DNA of 62,411 bases, the filler included. It is 13 parts of 13 records of this genome, joined end to end, with 100 filler letters (N's around TTAATTAATTAA, not from the genome) between each part and the next. Parts side by side here need not be neighbours in the genome. Positions count along the whole stretch, not along the records: positions 1 to 3,542 come from SRR7504441_18727; positions 3,643 to 12,404 come from SRR7504441_18740; 11 more parts are not named here. The stretch is one strand, 5' to 3'. Both the position numbers and the translations under genes were made by a program. The notes beneath the pieces are model-generated. The model worked only from the letters and a program-made list of their open reading frames with translations. It did not search any database and was not told the origin of the DNA. This document shows positions 1 to 9,100 of this stretch, piece by piece. Numbering within the stretch: position 1 is the stretch's first letter; each line of letters opens with the position of its first letter.

Positions 1-162
1 CGGGCCGCGCTTGGGTGCGGCCTCGGCCGCTGACTCGGCCGGCCCGCCCACAAGCCTCAGCGCGGGTCGAGCCTCCACCTCGCTCGCGCTCATGGATGTT
101 CAGTTGAGCAATCGCTTTCACAGTTAACTTGTTTCCAACCCACGAGCCGCACCAGGCCAGGG

Positions 163-2337
163 ATGATGAGCGGGGAGCCGCCGGCCAAATCGGCGAGGGG
201 AGCAGCCGGGGGGCTGCCCGAGGCGGTGATCTTCGCACTGCCCGCTGACCAGCTGGATCGGTGCTGCGCGTGCTCCGGCTTGGCCTGATTGGTGCCGACA
301 GCACCATCACCGATGCATGCGGGCTGACCGTCTCGAGAGGCACCCCTGCGGTCGGTGGCTTGGCTAGCGGAGAGCTGGTGGTTGCGTCTCCCCGGCAGCG
401 GCACAGCTGGCTCGGGCTGGTGCAGCAGCTGCAGCCCGGCCATCCGGTATTATTCTGGGCGGACGGTTCAGCGCTCGCGGCGCAGGGCGTCACGGTGCCT
501 CCCTCCGCCGGCCCACCCCGAGCAGGCCGGGGGCGGCAGGTGACCGCCTCGCCCGAGCAGCCGATGCAGCTCCAGCTAGCCAGCGACGCAACGCTCCGGC
601 GGGACCTGGCAATCAAGGTGACCGATAGAGCGAGCTCAGGCTGAGCTCCAGCCACAGATCGTGGACCGACGTGACGGCAAGGCCATCTGGCAGCGGCAGC
701 TGCGGCCGCCGCGCAAGCGCCAGTTCTACCAGTTGGCTAAGGCGCGTGCGCTGGTGCACGGCAGTTACTTTGAGAATCTGCACGGGATCTTCGAGTTGGG
801 CTTGGTCGCGGCCAAGTCACCGGCCTCGCCGCCAGTCAGCCCACAGGACCCTGCGCCAGCTGTCGTGCACACGATGCTGCTCGAGCACGGCGGACCGAGC
901 CAGCCGGTCGCTTTCGATGGGTTGGAGCGGGCGCCCGACCTGGCAGTCACTCTCGATGTGGCCAAGTTGGAGCAGCTCGGTGTGGCCGCCTGGCGCGACC
1001 CGGAGCACCCGGATACTGTGCACATCGACTCGGCGGTGCCAGCCAGCTGCATACAGTCGATAGAGTCGTTAGACCCGGCCGACCTGCCGCCCGAGCTCAA
1101 AGCCAAGATCGCAAGCCCTCTAGATTTCGGGGCAATCCCAGTGACAATCAGCTCAGCTCGGGCCTCAGTCGGCTGACGGGCGGGCAGGTGGTTGACCTGG
1201 CCAGCCCGCGGGAGCAGCTGATCGGGCAAATCGCAGAGGCCTGCAGCAAGGTGGGCTTCTTCCAGATTGTCAACCACGGTGTCCCAATCAAGGTGCGAAT
1301 TAGGATTATGCCGTGCTCAGCCTCGGTGCAGACCACCCAGCAGCTGGTGCAGCGCGCGGCCGAGTTTTTTGCATTGCCGCAGCAGCAGAAGGATCAGCTC
1401 AGCTCGAAGCGCAACTTTGGAGCCCGTGGTTACTTTGGGAAGGGCGAGGAGAACCTTGGCGGGGTGAAGGGAACAGAGGATGCGAGGGAGACTGGTCGCA
1501 GCGCAGTGGACAACAAGGAGGGGTTCGACATGGGCCCCAGACACCGCATCGACTCGGTAGTGTTTGGGGCTGCCACACCGTGGCCAGATGGACTGGACGG
1601 CTGGCAAGGGTTCATGGAGGAGTATCACCACTCGATGACCAAGTTGGCACTGCGGCTGCTCTCGCTGATTGCCGAGGTGAAAACTGGCCTTCCATGCGCT
1701 GACTAGCTGGCGCAGGCACTCGAGTTGCCAGCAGACCATTTTGAGCCCTATTTCAGCCAGCCGACCTCCACGCTCCGGCTGCTGCACTACTATCAGCACA
1801 CGCAGTTCAAGCAAGGCGAGATCGGGGCCGGAGCGCACACCGACTATGGCGGGCTCACGCTGCTCCTCCAGGGCACGGGCGGGTTGCAGGTCGGGCTGTG
1901 CATCGGCGCTTATGATGATGGTGACCTGGTTGAGCCAGGTGCTCTCAGCTGCTCGTGGCGAGTGGATCCACGTGCCGCCTACGCCGGGCGTGTTCACAGT
2001 GAATCTGGGCGACATGCTGATGCGATGGACCAACAATCGGTGCCAGCTGGCCTGCTCGTAGCTGACTGTCGGCGCAGTTTCAGCTCGACTATCCACCGGG
2101 TGATAAACGTGTCGAATGTAGACCGGTGCCGCGCTGCCGCGCTACAGCCTCCTGATTTAAGTTGGCAGCTACTCGGTGCCCTTCTTCTTCAACCCAAATA
2201 TCGATGCAGTTATCAAGTGTTTGCCTGGATGCGACACCGGCCCGGACCCACTAGCAGCTCCAACTGTGTGCCGAGATGTGCTGGAGGACTTCTATCGACA
2301 AGCTGGACTTGTACCCCCTGCGAGTGATGCTTTATGA
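163..2337 (+). CDS. Spliced fusion protein: two Tpt1/KptA C-lobe-like (ART-fold) domains + IPNS/DIOX-type 2OG-Fe(II) dioxygenase
   Basis: Removing 9 GT-AG introns (261-301, 495-539, 618-657, 1141-1187, 1293-1331, 1677-1715, 1890-1938, 2040-2077, 2126-2168) gives one frame from ATG 163 to TGA 2337. Oxygenase motifs: IPVVDL, GFFQIVNHGV, LRLLHY, HTDYG, HRV, RYS. ART-like motif VHGSY..NL.GI...GL at 754-804. Confidence 0.8.
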
Positions 2338-2655
2338 CGTAATTGATCAAGATTGAATAGAATCATACAACGATAATTTAATTAAGCGATAAAAAAGCAT
2401 AAAATTAGCTGCGCTAAAGGGTTGATGCACAAGCCTGGAGCAATGCTAGAGCAATGCAAGGCTTAGCCCACGACGTTAGCCGCACGCCCTGTGGTCTGAC
2501 TGCCTCAGCTGCTGCCTCGACCTTGGTGTTGGCATCGCACAGCTCCACCCGCAACTCCACGCAGCTCCTTCAGAATCTCCTCCGCTCAATCGTCGACGTC
2601 GGACTGCTCCAAACACGCGGCTGTTGGGATCATTTTGACGCTGTTCCAAAGATCG

Positions 2656-3174
2656 ATGGCGAGGGGTCTGTTCGTGGCGTTAATCGCACTGGTGCAGGTG
2701 GGCAATACGAGCGCCGTCTGCTCCAGCATGCAATGCAGCGGGACCACTGCGAGCGGAGAACTGGCCACTGCCCTGGGCGCATACACCAACGCCACCGGCG
2801 GCATTGCCACAGCGATGGGCCTGCGCACTACGGCCAACGGGGAGATCGCCACGGCCATGGGGTCAGGCACCACTGCGAGTGGCGACTTCGCAACCGCCTT
2901 GGGGGTCCGCACTACCGCTCAAGGTGACATTAGCACCGCGATGGGCTCCGGCTCTGTAGCGTCCGGGTACGGCGCGACAGCAATGGGTTACCACAGCACA
3001 GCAAACGGCTACGCCGCCACAGCTATGGGGATCTGGACAAACGCGGGTGGTAATTTCAGCAGCAGCACCGGGTACTACACTACCGCAAGCGGGGTGGCCG
3101 CGACGGCAGTAGGCAAAGAGGGGCGTTGTCCTGCCTATGATCCCGCCCCTTGTGAGGCACATCTCGGCTTGTGA
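2656..3174 (+). CDS. Secreted protein with YadA-head/Hep_Hag-like 14-aa repeats
   Basis: Hydrophobic N-terminus MARGLFVALIALVQV, then about 9 repeats of xxTTAxGxxATAMG. Confidence 0.65.
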   Translation: MARGLFVALIALVQVGNTSAVCSSMQCSGTTASGELATALGAYTNATGGIATAMGLRTTANGEIATAMGSGTTASGDFATALGVRTTAQGDISTAMGSGSVASGYGATAMGYHSTANGYAATAMGIWTNAGGNFSSSTGYYTTASGVAATAVGKEGRCPAYDPAPCEAHLGL

Positions 3175-3398
3175 GTGACTCCATGTGCGTGTGCCTTATG
3201 TTCATGCACATGTTGCCTTGTATGCGGCCATACCGCTTTTGAAATAATTATTGATATTTACCATCATAGGGCTCCATCTAAAATCACGCGTACGCGCACG
3301 CGTACGTTACGCGTACGTACAGTCATGATCGCCTCTAGATCTGAGCGTCCTCACTAAGCCTTGTAACTTAGACTAATTTATCCGATGGTAGGAGTTAC

Positions 3399-3542
3399 TT
3401 ATGTAAACCAGCTACTCTTTTGTTGTGGCTGACGTTTTCCAGGCGGAACGAGGATCTGAATGGACTTGTCCTTGGTGGTTAGCGGTACAAAGAGACCATT
3501 GCTTGCAACCTTAAGGTACTCCACTCCGTCTGAGCCAGCCAC
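3399..3542 (-). CDS. C-terminal fragment of an unknown protein (contig end)
   Basis: Open frame VAGSDGVEYLKVASNGLFVPL...SWFT* running from the contig edge. Confidence 0.4.
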   Translation of the reverse strand: MAGSDGVEYLKVASNGLFVPLTTKDKSIQILVPPGKRQPQQKSSWFT

Positions 3543-3642
3543 NNNNNNNNNNNNNNNNNNNNNNNNNNNNNNNNNNNNNNNNNNNNTTAATTAATTAANN
3601 NNNNNNNNNNNNNNNNNNNNNNNNNNNNNNNNNNNNNNNNNN
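3543..3642. other. Artificial contig linker
   Basis: N44-TTAATTAATTAA-N44. Confidence 0.99.
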
Positions 3643-3684
3643 GGCTGGGACGTGTCCAACGTCGCTGACATGCGCAGCATGTTC
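3643..3684 (+). CDS. DUF285/BspA-type repeat fragment at contig start
   Basis: Translates GWDVSNVADMRSMF, matching the WDVSxVxxMxxMF repeat. Confidence 0.6.
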
Positions 3685-3892
3685 GTATGTACCAGTATCA
3701 AACAGCTACCAAAGTGGCGCATGTAATGGGGTGCCCAGTAGGGTGCCCAGGTCGCCAGGTCTCGTATTTGGCTGTAGACACAAACTCCATTAGCTTTAGA
3801 ACTATAGCTATGGCTACGAGTAATGTATCTACGTACGAAGTATCTACCATGGTATCAACTGACTATCAGCTCACAAACATTTGGCCGTCTCA

Positions 3893-5014
3893 TCAGAATT
3901 CGTAGATGTAGTTGTACTGCCGCTGCTCGGGATCTGGGAACGCCGGGTTGGCTTTCATCACCGGAAAGATGTTGGGGTCTTGGCTGATGCTGCTGGCGGG
4001 CTGCAGCAGGTCGTTCAACGAGCCGGTGCTTGCAACAAGCTCAGACACGAGCTGGCCTTCCTCCACCCTCTTCGCCCAGACCCCCGGGCTGCCCGACTGG
4101 TCCCCCAACGGGTCTACAAATTGCCCATCGGGCCCGACCGAGCCGGGCTTGCCCTCGACTGGCACCACTGAGTACTTGCCGGCCTCGAGCACCAGCACAG
4201 CCCAGTGATCGACCGCGAGCCCTCTCTCGCCCGGATGGCGGCACATCATCTGGTCAAAGTCGGTGGCGCGCAGCACCCCGTTGGTCTGCACCTTATCTGC
4301 CGGCCAGTCACGCCGTCCGCCGGCTCAGGCCGCACCGTGATGTGGGCAGACCAGCCCAGGCAGCACTCCAAGGCACGGCGCCCTCACGTAATCCCAACTG
4401 TCGGCCCCTTCGACCTCGGGCCCGTCGTCAGCCCCACCGGCGCTCTCCTGCGTCTGGACTCCTGCGAGCATCGGCGCCTTGAAGCTGGCCGGGTCCCCGG
4501 AGTCGCTGTGGCCCCCATCGAACCAGCAAATCAGGCCGCAGCTCCCACCGCAGACTACCGTCCCGGCCCGGATCGCAGCGGTCAGCGCACCGGCCAGGCC
4601 AAGCCCGTCCCAGCGCGCCAGCGCGAACAGCGGATTCCCGCCGCTCACCACGATGATGTCGGCCCCGGCGATGGCCGCCGCCGCGTGGTCGGGGGCGGCG
4701 ATCCCGTCGGTGAGGTCGAGGGCGGATACGGGGCAGCCCTGGGCCTTGAACAGCCGGGTTTGGGCCGCCGCGGGTGCGGGCAGGTCGTAGGTGGGGGTGC
4801 CCAAGTAGAGCACCCGGGGGCTGGCGAGCCCGGTCAGCCGGACCGCGTTGTCCACCACCTCGTTGGTCTGCATCCCACCCATCCCGGAGCCGCAGAGCAC
4901 CGCCTTCACGTTCGGCCAGTCCCGCCGGTCCAGCGCGTACGGCGAGCGGCACGACCTGGCCGCCCGACGCGCCGCCAGTGCGTTGAGCCGAGACGAGCAG
5001 TTCCTTGTCGCCAT
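3893..5014 (-). CDS. Peptidase E / S51 family (class I glutamine amidotransferase-like fold)
   Basis: VSGGN, GGSCG nucleophile elbow and CPHH|D across intron 4297-4335. Confidence 0.85.
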
Positions 5015-5062
5015 CTCGCCGGCTTTTTTTTTTTCCAGGAGAGGGGGGTCCGTGCCTGGTCA

Positions 5063-6004
5063 ATGGCTAACAAGATGGCTTCCGACTCGGATCTGGAGCA
5101 GCAGGAGCTATTCCTGGTGTCGCGGCCTGCCGGCCCGGCGCTGTGGCGGCAGCACAACGTGGCGCTGGTCGAGTCGGCCGGCCCGTCCGACCTGCGGCCC
5201 GGCCAGCTGCTCGCGCGGGCCCACCTGCTTGCTCCGGCGGGCGGCGGCTGGACAGTCGGTCGGCCGTGCCCAGCGCTGGTGGTCGGGCTGGTGCTCGCCT
5301 CGCGCGCCGACGGGTACCACCCGGGCCAGCTGGTCCGTTACTGCGACCGATGGCGGCTGCTCGCGGTGGTGGAGGCTGACCGGTGCACGCGAGTGCGCTG
5401 CCTCGGGCGGCTGGGGCCGGAGCTGGCACTCGGATGCCTGGGCGGAGTGGGCCAGGCCGCCTACATCACAGCGTCGCGTCTAGCTCGGCCCGGACGGCGG
5501 GTGCTGCTGGCCGGGGCTGCCAGCGGCTGGCTAGCGGGCGTGGGGCAGCTGCTCCGGCTGCTTGGTTCAACAGCAGTGGCCTGCACTGGATCTAAGCCTC
5601 AGGCAAGCTGGCTGCGCTCGATGGGCGTGCCAGCCTCTAGTGGCCAGCGGTGTGGTGCGGAGGTCGACCTGGTGCTGGATTGTGGGGCACGAGTCGCCTC
5701 TGAAGGGCTTCCGAATCCAGGCTGTGCAATGCTCGCCGGACCCGAAACGGCAGAGGTGGCTGCGTTGCTCGAATGGACGCACAGGACGTTCGGATTCACC
5801 GAGCGGGAATACAGCGCGGCCACCTGGCAGCTGGCTAGCTGGCTCAGGCAAGGGCAGCTGCGTGATTGGAACGCAACAATGGACGGGTTTGAGAGATTGC
5901 CTGAGGCAATTCTGGCGGCGGGTAGCCTTGATAGGACCCTCGTGCGCGTGGAGCTGCCTGATGGGGTCGAAGTGGACACGGGGGACTTCTATTCTAGATT
6001 ATAG
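5063..6004 (+). CDS. Divergent prostaglandin-reductase-like (MDR family) oxidoreductase
   Basis: LVSRPAG, LGCLGGVGQAAY, VLLAGAASG..GQL, LASWLRQGQL, GFERLPEA follow the PTGR/CurA layout; many positions are degenerate. Confidence 0.6.
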   Translation: MANKMASDSDLEQQELFLVSRPAGPALWRQHNVALVESAGPSDLRPGQLLARAHLLAPAGGGWTVGRPCPALVVGLVLASRADGYHPGQLVRYCDRWRLLAVVEADRCTRVRCLGRLGPELALGCLGGVGQAAYITASRLARPGRRVLLAGAASGWLAGVGQLLRLLGSTAVACTGSKPQASWLRSMGVPASSGQRCGAEVDLVLDCGARVASEGLPNPGCAMLAGPETAEVAALLEWTHRTFGFTEREYSAATWQLASWLRQGQLRDWNATMDGFERLPEAILAAGSLDRTLVRVELPDGVEVDTGDFYSRL

Positions 6005-6134
6005 GCGTACAGGCGATTTATTATATCATCTCTATACATGTGACCAATTGCCTTAAAATACTCGGAACATACTCGGAACAAAAATCAAAGTCCTTGCTTT
6101 TGAAGCGCTCACATGCACATGGTACATGTACTGC

Positions 6135-9100
6135 CTACTTTTGAAACAAAGGGTTGTAATCGCGTTCAGCGCTTGGTCGAACGACCTCTGTCGTGACAAA
6201 CGCTTGCCCTTCTAGATCGACATATGGGACCACTTCCGGCGTGCGCTGAAAGTGCTTGGAGCGGCAATAGTTCCCACACACGCACCATATGATCACAGAC
6301 CAAAACAAGATGGAAACCAGCCCATTCACCGCCGGCTGCTTGATCGCATACACTGCAATCATCACCAGGAACAAAGGCAGCGCAATCGTACAACACCACT
6401 TTTTAGATGCGGACCAGAACACCTCTTCGAGGTACGGATTCCGGTCTGTGCCCGTGTCGGCCTCCTTCCCGTCCACCATCAGGAAGCAAGGGTGCGCCCT
6501 GTGCGTCATAGGGATCTCGTTGTAGGGAACAATTTCGAACGTGTGGCCTTTCTCATAAAACACGTGACTGGTGGCCATGCAGCACGATCCCTGCGTGGCG
6601 CCGCAGCAACCATTCCTGCACCCGACACAGGGCGCATCAGGACAGCCTGGAGCGCTCGTCTCGTCCAGCACGATATCATAGATCTCGCGCTCATTTGAAT
6701 ATGGGTATGATCCAGTCACCGGGTCGATCTCAGACGAAGGATCAAAGTCAGAAATGGTCACCTTGCCTGGATTCTTGTTGCAGCACAGGCAGGCCGCCTT
6801 TCTGTAGTCGATTGCAACGCGGGTGCCGAGGTTTCCTGGGCTCTTATCCTTGGGCTGGACGAACCACTCGTAGTGTGTCTTGGGTTTGCATAAGCACATA
6901 TCAGCAAAGTTGGGGAGCGATTCTTTCATGCCGGCTGCAATGTCGGCGGCAGACATGCCGGTCTCCTCTTCCTGCTGTTGTGCAAACTTGACAAACACTT
7001 GCTCCAGCGTGGTTTGACTCACCGAGAAGTCGTCCAGCCCCAGCTCAGCCTTGTCTTCATCGAGTTTCTTGAAGGCAGACGACAGCGCGATGTTCGCCTG
7101 CGGCACTTCGAATCGCAGCTGCCCGCCGATCTCCTCCTCAAGGGTCGCCCCCTTGAAGTTGAGCTGGACCCACTTCTTAAGCTCATTTGCCCGTTGATCG
7201 CTGGTGCGCAGCTCGAGTGAGTACCCCTTGCCATACTTATCTTTGAGGTGCTGAGTCGTGCCGAGACACCGCAGCCGGCCGCCCACCATGATACCAACAT
7301 TGTGAGACAGGGCTTCGGCTTCCTCCATCGAATGGGTCGTCAGAATGACCGAACGGCCGCACATCGTATTCGAAATAACATTCCACATAAACCGTCTAGC
7401 CTCTGGGTCCATGCCGGTGCTCGGTTCATCAAGGAAGACGATCCGAGGGCTGCCCATGAGTGATATCGCTACACTCAGCTTGCGCTTGTTCCCACCCGAG
7501 TATCCGCCTGCCTCCCGGTCGGCGTGGTCGCTGAGGTCCATCATCTCGATCATGCTGGCAACCACAGTGTCCTCATCCTGATGCGATATACCCTTGATTC
7601 GAGCATACAATTGCAGATGCTCCCGGCCGGTCAGCTTGCCGAACAAGGCGTCGAACTGTGGACAGTATCCCATCGAACGATTAATCTCCTCCCTGTTTGC
7701 GCACATTTCGAGCCCGTTCAGGTACCCTTCACCAGAGGTGGGAGGGAATTCCCCTGAAAGCATCGAGAGGGACGTGGTCTTGCCTGCGCCATTGATGCCC
7801 AGGAACCCAAACACTTGGCCTTCAGGAACGTGGAAGCTCAGGTCTCGGACAGCTACTTTAGCAGAGACATTCCCGCGGCCATAATAGACCTTCCTCAAGT
7901 GCTTGACAATAATCGGAGTGTTCTCTGGTGGTGGCGGGTTGTTATCAAGCAGATCCGCTTCATTGATCACATCCTCGTCGGTCTCAAATGGAGGGTCCTC
8001 CGGCACTTCGGGCGAACGATGGAAGAAGCGTGAGAGGCACCCGGTCTGCGAAGTCGAAGAACGTTGCAGGAGGAGGGTGAACCACATGTACACAAACGTA
8101 GAGGCACCCAAGTATATCATCATTTTGCCGGAGACCTCAGTATCGAAAGCCGATGGATAGAACTTGCTGGCATCGTTATAGAAGATCTCATATAGAGCCA
8201 TAGCAAATGCGTACTGCGGCGAGAGCATGTAAATGTATCTGAGTTTATCGTCGACATCCTTTGTGCTGTCAAACAGCGACATGATCCAGCTTGCAAAGAA
8301 AAGAATGAACCCAGAGACAGCATAGATTGCGATGCACGCTAGCAGTGCGTTGTTCTGATCTTTGAACCCAAACGAAAGCACATACGTCAGAGATATTGAG
8401 GCACAGCCATAGAGTATAAATACGGCCACAGTTGCGCCGATATTCTCTCCAATGTATGCCTTGACGTCAAAGGCATAGAGCAGGGCAATAGAGCAGGCGG
8501 CTGGCACAAGATAGTTGAGAGAGTCCCAAGCAAAAGCTGCGAACCAATAGGCCGCGGGGTTCACCCCTGAAATCATCTGCTGGTGCTTGGATTTGCTGTT
8601 CACCTCACTCACTAAGCTGTAAACAAATGTCGATGGGATGATGCTGAAGGCAATGATGAGAAAGAAGCAAAGTACCAGCCCCTTGATCGTGTCGTTGCTC
8701 GCCGTTTCCTTATTAGTCATGGAGAGCGGATCGATGCTAACACGAATGTACGCGTTTGGATTGTTTGTGCTAGACTGCAAGATTTGCTCGTTGGCCAACT
8801 TCAAGAAGGTGGGCATTGCATGATACGCAGAGCCATTGTGAAACACAAGGAAGCTCTTGGTCGCTTGCTTATCCGACGAGAACACGCTGTCACTGTATAC
8901 CAAAGCACCATATCGGCTTGTCTTTTGATCTTCGATGGTGCCCATAAGATAGTTGGACATCTTCTCCACATTGTCACGATCACAACTGAGATCCAAAAAT
9001 GCTGGTGTGGTACCAGTATCGTTCCAGGTCTTGAGAATTTCACCATTGTCTGTGTACTGGTCAACACCAAATACATCAACGACCTGAAGGGCAGCTGCGC

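Noticed and set aside
2410-2735. Minus-strand stretch faintly resembling a peptidase S74 chaperone/coiled-coil tail next to the YadA repeats
   Set aside because: Interrupted by a stop and a frame change, and overlaps a convincing plus-strand signal peptide; too weak.
4205-5062. N-terminal half of the 599-aa plus ORF
   Set aside because: GC-rich antisense shadow of peptidase E; the real gene starts near 5063.
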